In this document: positions 47,314 to 55,759 of the stretch, piece by piece
Layout of the letters: each line of letters begins with the position of its first letter
How positions within the stretch are numbered: the first letter of the stretch is position 1
From: a virus
Direction: 5' to 3' (one strand)
Virus record (IMG/VR): IMGVR_UViG_3300020185_000016
Length of the DNA stretch: 64,000 bases
Position numbers and translations under genes: made by a program
Notes under the pieces: model-generated
Seen by the model: only the letters and a program-made list of their open reading frames with translations
The model's database searches: none
What the model was told of the DNA's origin: nothing

Positions 47314-47323
47314 CCTTGTCTTA

Positions 47324-47445
47324 GACTCTTTGCTGATTATATAGTGGTCTTAACTTAGTCCCTTACCAGGATTTTACGGGTTCTGCTCCATGGGCATACC
47401 TACCTTTACGGTTCTTCGCTCGTACTATATAATCAGAAAAGAGTC
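47324..47445 (-). ncRNA. Putative structured ncRNA, domain A
   Basis: 21/22-bp inverted repeat (47324-47345 with 47424-47445). Confidence 0.65.
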
Positions 47446-47461
47446 CTTTGTTTTAGTTTCC

Positions 47462-47668
47462 TTATGCGAAGTGGTTATCAACAAGCACACTAATGCAATC
47501 ATTCAGATACTCAGTATCATAGAAGACTCCAAGTGGAATAAAGATATCAGACTCAACAAAGTTCCAATTGATACCGCCACCTTCGTGGATATTTTCTGGA
47601 TTAACCACCGCAGCATTGAAAGCTTCGATAATGTCATTCTTAATCATTGCGCCATAAGTAGTAAGCAT
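47462..47668 (-). CDS. Early protein of the INW family (paralog of 59885..60175)
   Basis: IKND..EAFN.A....EN......INW.FVE.D shared. Confidence 0.75.
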   Translation of the reverse strand: MLTTYGAMIKNDIIEAFNAAVVNPENIHEGGGINWNFVESDIFIPLGVFYDTEYLNDCISVLVDNHFA

Positions 47669-47692
47669 AGTGTTTCCCCTTTTGATATATTA

Positions 47693-47721
47693 GTTATATC
47701 ATATTAAGATCTGATTGTAAA
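47693..47721 (-). promoter_or_regulatory. Early promoter (duplicated unit)
   Basis: TTTACA-N17-TATAAC; about 65 bp nearly identical to 48107..48175. Confidence 0.85.
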
Positions 47722-47748
47722 CCCCTAAAATGCATTTTTTTTATTTTT

Positions 47749-47913
47749 TTATACCAAACCAAATTGGCTAAAAAGTACTACCATTGCAATAACACCAACG
47801 AGGGCCCAGGCAAGAATAGTAAGTTCCCCTTCTGGAGATTTAGGAGTCTCAACAAACATACTACTAACTCCACTGAAAAGTACAGCGCCAATTATACTAG
47901 CAACTAATGTCAT
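47749..47913 (-). CDS. Small two-TM membrane protein (54 aa)
   Basis: Hand-translated MTLVASIIGAVLFSG... Confidence 0.6.
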   Translation of the reverse strand: MTLVASIIGAVLFSGVSSMFVETPKSPEGELTILAWALVGVIAMVVLFSQFGLV

Positions 47914-47914
47914 A

Positions 47915-48097
47915 TTAAGCTCCATCATCCATTTCTAATTCATATTCAATAAACTCTGCTTCTACCTTGCAGTCAGGATATTCCCGGTCAAGATACCGAA
48001 GCTCTTCAGAAGTTGCATAACCAGAGTATTCTTCTCCTGTATGAACAATTTCCCCAGCTTTGTTAGTAACTGTGAGTTTATAAAATCTTTTCCACAT
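47915..48097 (-). CDS. Hypothetical early protein
   Basis: GGAG RBS. Confidence 0.65.
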   Translation of the reverse strand: MWKRFYKLTVTNKAGEIVHTGEEYSGYATSEELRYLDREYPDCKVEAEFIEYELEMDDGA

Positions 48098-48121
48098 TGT
48101 GTATCTCCTTTTGATATATTA

Positions 48122-48150
48122 GTTATACCATGTAGAGATCTGATTGTAAA
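48122..48150 (-). promoter_or_regulatory. Early promoter
   Basis: TTTACA-N17-TATAAC. Confidence 0.85.
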
Positions 48151-48189
48151 CCCCTAAAGTGCATTTTTTTATTTAATGTGATATATTTG

Positions 48190-48447
48190 TTATGCCACCT
48201 CATAGCCTATTACAGTTTCTACATATCCATTACCATACTCTTCAGCAATCGCCAATAGGATCTGCTCACGTGGTTCTGTATCCATATTACCGATTTTTGC
48301 TAAAGCGCCGTCAATGTCATTCGAATTCATCAGCCACTGCACCTGCTTAAAATCAGCCGTATCGGCCAGATATAGATCAGCAAGGCCTGCATCTTGTGCT
48401 TCTAAGCTATAGCTGAATGTTTGATCGATAAGTTTTTGAATAGTCAT
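48190..48447 (-). CDS. Early protein with DTEPRE motif
   Basis: GGAG RBS; matches a polyprotein module. Confidence 0.75.
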   Translation of the reverse strand: MTIQKLIDQTFSYSLEAQDAGLADLYLADTADFKQVQWLMNSNDIDGALAKIGNMDTEPREQILLAIAEEYGNGYVETVIGYEVA

Positions 48448-48476
48448 GATAGGCTCCTTTGTTTCATTCTATATTA

Positions 48477-48505
48477 GTTATACCATATAATAAAGAGAAT
48501 GTAAA
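48477..48505 (-). promoter_or_regulatory. Early promoter
   Basis: TTTACA-N17-TATAAC. Confidence 0.8.
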
Positions 48506-48506
48506 T

Positions 48507-48535
48507 AAAAAAGATGCCCCAAAGGACATCTTTTT
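48507..48535 (-). terminator. Rho-independent terminator
   Basis: GATGTCC-TTTG-GGGCATC-TTTTTT. Confidence 0.75.
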
Positions 48536-48554
48536 CTTTAATGTGATATATTTG

Positions 48555-49532
48555 TTATGCTGCTGTTGCCATTTGAACGGCCAAATTTGCAGCCTTTATT
48601 TTGCGCAACCGATTATTACCGAACCATTGATTGTGTAACCGATTTTCAGCTCCTCGTCCTTGAAGATGGTCAGTGACATATGTTACTGAATTAAATGCCT
48701 GCCACCATGTTCCAGCACCAAATTCTGCGCCAGGTTGAATTTCAAGCATATCATATGCGGTTTGCGCATTGCGGCTTAAATCTTCTTTTTTTGTCACCGT
48801 TGTTTCAATATCTTTGCGCGAAGTAGATGGAAATACTTGGCTATAGTACTGAATAAGTGAATCAGCAGTAAAACGACGGCCGCCTAAAAATTGAGCCATA
48901 TCTTTATACTGAGTAAATTTTTCAGAAGCAAGCCCCAATGTTGTTTTCACATCATCAGCATTAAACACTGTGCGATGGCCAACTTTAACAGAACGCTCAG
49001 CGTGGCTGTTCAAGCTAAATGTAAGAGTATTATTACAAACAACACGAATAGGAGTAAATCGAATATCAATTGATTTACCATATTGATGAGGATTTGAAAA
49101 CAACAAATATGATTCAACGGTATCTTCTTTACCAAATACATCAAACGACTCTTTAATTTTTGCAAGAGCCCACACTTGTTGACCGCCTTTTAGCGAACCG
49201 GCAGTGTGCATTTCCATATCACCGGCCGCAACATATTCAGCAAAGAAATTAAAGGCTTCTTCATTTTGGACTGGATTCCAATTTTCGCCAACATTAGTAA
49301 GAACTTTTCCATCAGTTGAGCGAATAAGGGCTTGTTGACCAGTGGCAACATTATCGCCCTTCCAACGGACAAAAGCATCTACCTTTTCAACTTCCCAATC
49401 AAGACCAGCTTTTTGCATCATTTGCATAGGTGTAAGATCATTTGATACCGAAACACCTAAACCATGCCATGGCAATTCGCCTGCATAAGCCATCTGTGCT
49501 ACACCGTTTACAATTTCTACCTCATGTGCCAT
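48555..49532 (-). CDS. DUF932 / TIGR03299-like protein
   Basis: PWHGLG, LDWEV, PVQNEEAF, TPIRVVCNNTL, W.AFN.VT. Confidence 0.88.
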   Translation of the reverse strand: MAHEVEIVNGVAQMAYAGELPWHGLGVSVSNDLTPMQMMQKAGLDWEVEKVDAFVRWKGDNVATGQQALIRSTDGKVLTNVGENWNPVQNEEAFNFFAEYVAAGDMEMHTAGSLKGGQQVWALAKIKESFDVFGKEDTVESYLLFSNPHQYGKSIDIRFTPIRVVCNNTLTFSLNSHAERSVKVGHRTVFNADDVKTTLGLASEKFTQYKDMAQFLGGRRFTADSLIQYYSQVFPSTSRKDIETTVTKKEDLSRNAQTAYDMLEIQPGAEFGAGTWWQAFNSVTYVTDHLQGRGAENRLHNQWFGNNRLRKIKAANLAVQMATAA

Positions 49533-49560
49533 TTTATTCTCCAATATATCTAATAATACT

Positions 49561-49589
49561 ATAATAGCATATTACAAACAGATTGTAAA
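49561..49589 (-). promoter_or_regulatory. Early promoter
   Basis: TTTACA-N17-TATTAT. Confidence 0.8.
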
Positions 49590-49633
49590 CAGTTAATTTA
49601 AACTATTTGAATAAAAATTTTTATGTGATAATA

Positions 49634-49864
49634 TTATCGTTTACCGCTTCCAAATCGGTTTTTTGGTCTATAAAATGTTTTTTGATTATGAATACGTCCT
49701 AATAAATCACGAATTAATGTAATTTCTTTTTGCATCTCTTTCGCATAAATATTTGTAGGATCCATAGTTATACTCATAGATCTTCGATGCACTCGACCAT
49801 TTAATGCAGATTCGATCATCTCAATATCATCTACAGTTAATTCGAAGGTTTTATTGGGTTTCAT
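49634..49864 (-). CDS. Hypothetical protein
   Basis: GAGG RBS; LGRIHNQKTFYRP. Confidence 0.7.
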   Translation of the reverse strand: MKPNKTFELTVDDIEMIESALNGRVHRRSMSITMDPTNIYAKEMQKEITLIRDLLGRIHNQKTFYRPKNRFGSGKR

Positions 49865-49896
49865 TATCGCCTCTATGTTTCAAAATATAACTAAGT

Positions 49897-50640
49897 TTAT
49901 CCTAAGTTTAACTTTTGCATTTCATTTAATGCATCTTGTCTTATACCACGAAAAATTATCCCGCGGCGGATTTGATTGGTTTTATTTGGCATAATACTAT
50001 GCAGCACATTACCATAAAAACAACTGAACCCACCCAAAGAAACCGGTGGTTGAACATAATTATTTTCAAAGAAAGCTTTATAAAAAGGTTTTTCTTCATT
50101 CCAATTAGTGGTATTGTATATATATCTATGCGTTCCAGGTACATATGCAGTAGCACCGTTTTCTATTGTAAAATCAACTAAAGGAATCATAAAGGTAACA
50201 CTTAAAGGACCTTTATCTAAATATTTAGACATTTCGCATTCAAGTTTTTGTGGCCACAAATATGGCGCATCTAAGTGGGGCTGAATAGAATAATCATGCT
50301 TGTAATTAGACATAATATAACGGTTAGTTAATTGCCAGTCCCAATCTTTATTCCCAAATAAAACATCACAAATACTTTTTAATAACGGAAGCATGGTTGT
50401 GTTAATAAATAAATTATTTTTTGGAGTTTGTGCCCAATGATAAGCCCAATCAATATTTTTAATTTTAGCTTCTGATAACACATCTTGATCATTTAACCAC
50501 CGTCCATTACCATGACCCACAAAAGGCGGGAGTTTACTTGCAACTTTATTAAATGCAATTAAATCTTCGGTATTAAATACATTATCAACAATAGCAATAC
50601 CATCTTTATCTAAATCTGATAAAAAATTTTCTGTTAACAT
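49897..50640 (-). CDS. PhyH-family 2OG-Fe(II) dioxygenase
   Basis: HLD, NGAT.YVPGTH, LHS..N....R. Confidence 0.88.
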   Translation of the reverse strand: MLTENFLSDLDKDGIAIVDNVFNTEDLIAFNKVASKLPPFVGHGNGRWLNDQDVLSEAKIKNIDWAYHWAQTPKNNLFINTTMLPLLKSICDVLFGNKDWDWQLTNRYIMSNYKHDYSIQPHLDAPYLWPQKLECEMSKYLDKGPLSVTFMIPLVDFTIENGATAYVPGTHRYIYNTTNWNEEKPFYKAFFENNYVQPPVSLGGFSCFYGNVLHSIMPNKTNQIRRGIIFRGIRQDALNEMQKLNLG

Positions 50641-50645
50641 TTATA

Positions 50646-50996
50646 TTATCGCCTCATTTGAGCCGCATCTTTTGCGGCTTGCATATTATCTTTGCGAATA
50701 GGCATAAGATTTGATTTATGAGTTACAACAATACCAGCAATTTCATTACCAGTATATTGAACAGTGTCTTTTTTAAGTCCATTACTACAGATTGTATCTG
50801 ACGTTTTTATCATAGAAGTGCTTTTATAATCGGGTATTTCATAACGGTGATCTTTAAGACCATCACCCTTTATACCCATCTTTTTTAAAAAAGCTTCATG
50901 TTCTAATTGAGCTTTCTGCCAACCAGGCGATTTTTTTTGTTTTCTTTTTTTAAAATTATTACTAGACATTCCGCGAATTAAATGCATACCTGACAT
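50646..50996 (-). CDS. Conserved T4-like hypothetical protein
   Basis: YTG..IAGI...HKSNL.P. Confidence 0.8.
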   Translation of the reverse strand: MSGMHLIRGMSSNNFKKRKQKKSPGWQKAQLEHEAFLKKMGIKGDGLKDHRYEIPDYKSTSMIKTSDTICSNGLKKDTVQYTGNEIAGIVVTHKSNLMPIRKDNMQAAKDAAQMRR

Positions 50997-51031
50997 AGTA
51001 TACCTTCCCCTTTAATAAAGATTACTCTATT

Positions 51032-51059
51032 ATTATATCATATTTTGACGGAAAGTAAA
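51032..51059 (-). promoter_or_regulatory. Early promoter
   Basis: TTTACT-N16-TATAAT. Confidence 0.7.
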
Positions 51060-51079
51060 CAGCTAATTTTAAATTTATG

Positions 51080-51277
51080 TTATTTTTTTATAGCTGTTTT
51101 TTTCTTAAGTGCTTTTCGTTTTGCAAGAGCTTCTTTCATTTCCTCGAGCGGATTTGCTTTTGCTGCTTTAATTGCACTAAATTTGCCTGTTCCGGCTTCT
51201 GTGGACTTTGCTTGTTGTTTATTATAAAATCCAGCATTTTTAATTCTTTGACTCATATCACCTTTAGGTTTTGGCAT
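51080..51277 (-). CDS. Small basic protein
   Basis: GGAG RBS; Lys/Ala-rich. Confidence 0.6.
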   Translation of the reverse strand: MPKPKGDMSQRIKNAGFYNKQQAKSTEAGTGKFSAIKAAKANPLEEMKEALAKRKALKKKTAIKK

Positions 51278-51324
51278 TTATATTCTCCATTTTATTAGCC
51301 TATATTTTATATATAAATATTTTT

Positions 51325-51840
51325 ATGAAGCATATATTTTTTATTATAATTTTCTTATTCAGTACAGGCTGTTCCATATTTAATACATTGGGGCAACAGC
51401 CAAAACATACTATAAATCTTACTGAAGCGATTTATTATGTTGGTCTTAATGAAAATATAGATCGTGTTCAATTAAAAAGATTTTTAAATGTTGACCCGGT
51501 TACAACTGAGTGGTGCGCAGCATTTATCAATGCGGTTTTAGCTAGAAATAATATATCAAACCTACACGATTTTAATTCTAAACGACCATTATTAGCACAA
51601 GAATTTTTAAATTACGGAGAAATAATTCTTGAAGAAGAATTGCGGTATGGCGATATTATAATAATAGAGCGCGATGGCGCAAAATGGCAAGGTCATGTTG
51701 GATTTTTTATGGGAATTCGGCATTCTCGAGGGCAAAAATATTATTTACTTTTGGGTGGTAATCAAAATAATAAAGTTAGTATTGCCCCATATTCATCAAA
51801 AAAATTAATTGGAATGCGAAGATATTCTAATTATAAATAA
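51325..51840 (+). CDS. NlpC/P60-CHAP-like lipoprotein (TIGR02594-like)
   Basis: Lipobox STGC; WCAAF, GD, GHVGF, GGNQ; TATAAATA at 51312. Confidence 0.85.
   Translation: MKHIFFIIIFLFSTGCSIFNTLGQQPKHTINLTEAIYYVGLNENIDRVQLKRFLNVDPVTTEWCAAFINAVLARNNISNLHDFNSKRPLLAQEFLNYGEIILEEELRYGDIIIIERDGAKWQGHVGFFMGIRHSRGQKYYLLLGGNQNNKVSIAPYSSKKLIGMRRYSNYK
51832..51839 (+). promoter_or_regulatory. T4-type late promoter
   Basis: TATAAATA 29 nt upstream of 51869. Confidence 0.7.
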
Positions 51841-51868
51841 AACTATATAAGCAATTAATGAGAATCTA

Positions 51869-52636
51869 ATGTATACTTTTAAATCATTTATAAGCGAAAG
51901 CGCTAAATCAGATAAGTATGAAAATGATATGGCTAAACACATTGCCGATATGGGTTTAGACGCATCTCGTCCAGCCGTTGATCCAACATATTCAGATATT
52001 CTTATTAAATATAAAGGCGATCGCATATGGTTAGAAGTTAAAATGAATCACTCTGACCAACTTGGCAATACTCGCGCTAGTTTTGACGGTAAAAAATGGA
52101 TTGCCGCAATTGATAAAAAAGGCCCTAGTAAGGGTAAATTATCTCCTCTTAAAGCATATATTACTAAAACCTTAAATAACGATAAAGATACTCAAGCATG
52201 GTTAAAAGATCTTGAAAAGTTTTCCGGAATAAAGGGTATGAAAGTACCCACATTAATTTCTGGATTGAGTGATCCAAAATCCGTTCCACGTGATGTAATG
52301 ATTGCATATTTAAAAGGTAAAAAACAATATATTTTAAATAAACCTGAAGTAGATTTGGGCGAGTTAATTACTCAGCATTATCTTAAAGGGAAATCCGAGC
52401 CAGCATATTATATGCAAGCCGGCGATGATTTCTATAGAATTGGTTCTGCAAATCCAATGGGCGTTCCTAATGATGTTCCATTACTCTCTGGCACTGGCCC
52501 ATTCAAAATGCGCATTGGTATGCGGTCAAAGTATTATGAGGTGCAGCCCGAGGTTAAAATTACTAAAATGCCGAGCAGTAAGTATTCCTTAAAGCCCGGC
52601 ACTAGTAAATTAAACCCATTTGAAAATATCAAATAA
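51869..52636 (+). CDS. CTS-bearing PD-(D/E)xK nuclease-like protein
   Basis: MYTFKSFISE/S; E..(N-terminal), SDIL......WLEVK. Confidence 0.65.
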   Translation: MYTFKSFISESAKSDKYENDMAKHIADMGLDASRPAVDPTYSDILIKYKGDRIWLEVKMNHSDQLGNTRASFDGKKWIAAIDKKGPSKGKLSPLKAYITKTLNNDKDTQAWLKDLEKFSGIKGMKVPTLISGLSDPKSVPRDVMIAYLKGKKQYILNKPEVDLGELITQHYLKGKSEPAYYMQAGDDFYRIGSANPMGVPNDVPLLSGTGPFKMRIGMRSKYYEVQPEVKITKMPSSKYSLKPGTSKLNPFENIK

Positions 52637-52638
52637 TT

Positions 52639-52992
52639 TTATTTCTTTTTCAAAGCATCAGCACCAAAAAATGCTGAAACCAATGCTGCAATAGCAACAA
52701 AATATGTTGGTGCAATATCGCCAACAATTTTAGCAGCAGTGTCTAGTCCTAATAATGAAGTCAATACAATTGCAAATGGATATAATAGCATACCCATTAA
52801 AGCAAACCATGTCATTTTCCGCATAGCATCTCTTTGTGCGTCTTGATCTTCTAACGCTTTACGCTTGAATTCAAGGTGCATTTCCATTTCATCAGCAGAA
52901 ATGTGCCCATCGCCATTTATATCAACACCTGCTACTGCAGATGCATCAATTGTTTTTGTATTAGCCGTTGTATCAGCTATTGTATCAGCCAT
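52639..52992 (-). CDS. Membrane protein with EF-hand-like loop
   Basis: DINGDGHISADE; 2-3 TM segments. Confidence 0.75.
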   Translation of the reverse strand: MADTIADTTANTKTIDASAVAGVDINGDGHISADEMEMHLEFKRKALEDQDAQRDAMRKMTWFALMGMLLYPFAIVLTSLLGLDTAAKIVGDIAPTYFVAIAALVSAFFGADALKKK

Positions 52993-53009
52993 ATTTTTCT
53001 CCTATGATT

Positions 53010-53705
53010 TTAGTCTGAAAGTGGATTATCAAAAGCCTCTTGAATCCGCTGTCTAATATCATCATCTAATTTATTCATTTTGGCTTCTATTTCAGCAACA
53101 ATAGTTTTCATAAAATCACGAGTATCTTTTTCTGATGCTCTTGTTGTACCTTCAACTTCACGGATACTAGCTGTAGTATCTTTTTGTAGTTGGTTCATTT
53201 CATTCCGAATTCCTTCAAGCGTGTCGCCAATACTATTTTGTGTTGCCTTAATTCTTGCTTCGCTAATCTCGAGATTTGTACTAATTTTATCCCGCACATT
53301 AGCTATCGTATTTTGATTATCTTTTAATGTTATTCGTAAACGTTCTTCAAATGTATCTAATTTTGCAAGAACATCGCTGCGAACTTCCCTTACAGCATTT
53401 TCTGCAGTAATAACATTATCTTCAAGTGTATCGATTAAATTCTCAAGCCTAGTAATATCTGCTTTTAAATCGTCTTTAATAACAGTAGTGTAGCCAATAG
53501 CATCTTCTAGTTTTTGGAGTTGTAGTTCATTAGCAGAGCTAATTGCATCAATATCAATATTCTGAACAATTTCTTTCATATCCATATAATCGGAATAAAA
53601 TTCAAATCCCGCCCACGCTGCGCCGCCAAGCGTTGATAACGCGGTAAGAATAGCAAACATTTTGCCACCTTTAAATGTCATTCCTGCAAATTCAACTTCT
53701 GCCAT
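53010..53705 (-). CDS. Membrane-anchored coiled-coil protein
   Basis: N-terminal TM, heptads. Confidence 0.8.
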   Translation of the reverse strand: MAEVEFAGMTFKGGKMFAILTALSTLGGAAWAGFEFYSDYMDMKEIVQNIDIDAISSANELQLQKLEDAIGYTTVIKDDLKADITRLENLIDTLEDNVITAENAVREVRSDVLAKLDTFEERLRITLKDNQNTIANVRDKISTNLEISEARIKATQNSIGDTLEGIRNEMNQLQKDTTASIREVEGTTRASEKDTRDFMKTIVAEIEAKMNKLDDDIRQRIQEAFDNPLSD

Positions 53706-53706
53706 G

Positions 53707-54051
53707 TTATTCCCCTAAAAAATATTCTATTCCGAGCGTAAGTGCAATATCGTTATCTTCATTCAGAGTCGGAGTCACAAAATAATATCCATAATTGAAT
53801 TTTAAAAAAGGAATTATACCCCTTTCTGTTAATCCATAATATCCGTTTACAATACCATATTCTATATTTAAATCTTTATATAATGCATGTTCAAATCCTG
53901 CATATATGCTGGGAATTTCAAAGCTATTTAAATATACCCCAGATATATAATTTCCACATTCTAATCTTCCATGCGGGTGTATTTCATTAAATTCTATGCT
54001 TGTATTTAAATGAGCAGATACAGCCAATCCTATTAAATAATTACAAATCAA
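53707..54051 (-). CDS. Small putative outer-membrane beta protein
   Basis: Alternating aromatic strands (G.Y.NS, YGIVNGY, LGIEY.F). Confidence 0.55.
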   Translation of the reverse strand: MICNYLIGLAVSAHLNTSIEFNEIHPHGRLECGNYISGVYLNSFEIPSIYAGFEHALYKDLNIEYGIVNGYYGLTERGIIPFLKFNYGYYFVTPTLNEDNDIALTLGIEYFLGE

Positions 54052-54063
54052 ATTATAATTTTC

Positions 54064-54261
54064 CTATTTACTTGCACCCACATAACCAGCCACAAGTCCA
54101 ATTATGCCAGTAATGCTCATTTGCAATAACTCAACAATATTTTGATCAAGTTCTGCATTATGTTCAGCAGCAACCATAAACTCATCAACAACAATAAGAC
54201 CTAAAAGACCCATTAAACCTACTGCCATAACTAATACTATTACATCTTTTATATACATCAT
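54064..54261 (-). CDS. Two-TM membrane protein
   Basis: Hydrophobic profile. Confidence 0.7.
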   Translation of the reverse strand: MMYIKDVIVLVMAVGLMGLLGLIVVDEFMVAAEHNAELDQNIVELLQMSITGIIGLVAGYVGASK

Positions 54262-54461
54262 TTTTTAAATCCCTTTAATTTTGCCTTCATATCACTCAAC
54301 TCTTTAAGTTTGGCATTTTTATCTGTTTTTTCTATTTCAACAGAAGATTTTTCTTGCCCAATTTTAATTCTTGGTATTGTATTAATATCTAATGCTTTAC
54401 GTGCCTCAGCAATACGTAATCGTAAACTTGTTACTTCGGCCCGCATTTGTTTATAATCCAA
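54258..54461 (-). CDS. Hypothetical protein
   Basis: 4-nt overlap. Confidence 0.55.
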   Translation of the reverse strand: MDYKQMRAEVTSLRLRIAEARKALDINTIPRIKIGQEKSSVEIEKTDKNAKLKELSDMKAKLKGFKK

Positions 54462-54466
54462 TAGAA

Positions 54467-54880
54467 TTATTCCTCAAATTGTAATTCTCGCAATTGCCTT
54501 ACTTCTTGTTCTAATTTCATTATTTCTAACCGCTTACGCTTTAATTCTAATTCGAATAATTGATTACAATCAATCCGAGATTTAGTAGTTTTGCCAAGTG
54601 GTATTGTTATTCTTGCATATACACCAATATCAGTATTATCAGAATTATAATAATCCCTATCAGATAGATTATCGGGTTCAGTAATAAATCCAGTAACACC
54701 AAATTCTAAATTAGTAGCAGAACCAATTGCGTTTGAACAATCTAATTCACCAGCTTTAAATTTATCAGATTGATAACTAGCAGGACCATTTGGTATTTGT
54801 AAATTTAAAGAGCTCGATTCAGCAATTGCTTTTTGTCCCAATAAAAATATTAATAATATACATAATATAACTTTTTTCAT
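54467..54880 (-). CDS. Secreted protein with C-terminal coiled coil
   Basis: Signal peptide; two Cys; VYARITIPLG. Confidence 0.75.
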   Translation of the reverse strand: MKKVILCILLIFLLGQKAIAESSSLNLQIPNGPASYQSDKFKAGELDCSNAIGSATNLEFGVTGFITEPDNLSDRDYYNSDNTDIGVYARITIPLGKTTKSRIDCNQLFELELKRKRLEIMKLEQEVRQLRELQFEE

Positions 54881-54888
54881 ATTTCATC

Positions 54889-55263
54889 TCACTTTATTTT
54901 CGAACATATTCGCGATGAGACACCGGTTGTTATAACATCTTTTTTTAGTAATTTCGATGTTGAACAAATATATGTTATTCGTGGTTTATCTATTTCTCGT
55001 ATATAAATTTCAATTTCTTTATAAGCAAGATAATTTATACTTATAATTTTATTAGAAGCTGCAAATGGAATAGTATTCCATTCTTCATCATGTACAGAGA
55101 TAGTATAATATTGTATTTCTTTTCTTTTATTAAATAGTTGCATTTTAGTATAAAGAAGGCCATCCATATATGACCGCTTTAATGTTGGATAGGTTGGTGT
55201 CCATTCATGGGCCGTAGCTGAAGTAGACACCAACACTAAAAATAATATTATTTTGCTATACAT
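54889..55263 (-). CDS. Secreted Ig-like protein (pilus-chaperone-like?)
   Basis: Signal peptide ATA-H; L.N.R....Y strand pattern. Confidence 0.55.
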   Translation of the reverse strand: MYSKIILFLVLVSTSATAHEWTPTYPTLKRSYMDGLLYTKMQLFNKRKEIQYYTISVHDEEWNTIPFAASNKIISINYLAYKEIEIYIREIDKPRITYICSTSKLLKKDVITTGVSSRICSKIK

Positions 55264-55745
55264 TCTGCGTTAACTAAAGCCTTATATTCGCCACCCGGAA
55301 ATGATTTATCAAATCCATATGTTACAGTTGATGATACATTAAACCATGTTGAGCCAGCTATAGTAAGATCATATTCGGTTGTATTATCATAGATAACTTT
55401 TGCTGTTTCATAACCGGACATAGTAGTTTCTGACATAGTGCCAACTGTTACTTCGCCCGTCCAGTTTACAGCATCTGTTAAAGTAGGGCTGGTTGAAAAA
55501 GTATTTGGTGTAGAAATTTTTGCAAGATATGAATCAGCAATCGCTACGTCAAACCGAATAACTGGTAAAACCCCACCGTCTGCCGGAGCAGTGCTTAGTT
55601 TATTTGGGGTAGGGTTACCATATACACCCGGAGTATCTGAATATATTGTGCATTTTGATGTGACATTTCCTGTAATGGGAAAGTCCTCAGCAATTGCTGT
55701 TGAAGCAAAAGCAATGGTGAATAATATAGAAATAGATCTAAACAT
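55248..55745 (-). CDS. Secreted pilin/fimbrial-subunit-like protein
   Basis: Signal peptide; ITGNV.SKC.I N-terminus; G.Y.A.V..EC C-terminus. Confidence 0.55.
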   Translation of the reverse strand: MFRSISILFTIAFASTAIAEDFPITGNVTSKCTIYSDTPGVYGNPTPNKLSTAPADGGVLPVIRFDVAIADSYLAKISTPNTFSTSPTLTDAVNWTGEVTVGTMSETTMSGYETAKVIYDNTTEYDLTIAGSTWFNVSSTVTYGFDKSFPGGEYKALVNAECIAK

Positions 55746-55759
55746 TTATTTCTCCTATG

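Noticed and set aside
47156-47445. Retron msr-msd, pistol or hammerhead ribozyme
   Set aside because: No reverse transcriptase nearby; only a short GCGTTGATC coincidence with pistol; the CUGAUGA/GAAA hammerhead core is absent.
47390-47707. Plus-strand 105-aa ORF over the ncRNA and early gene
   Set aside because: Antisense to a promoter-linked gene with paralogs; no RBS or recognisable motif.
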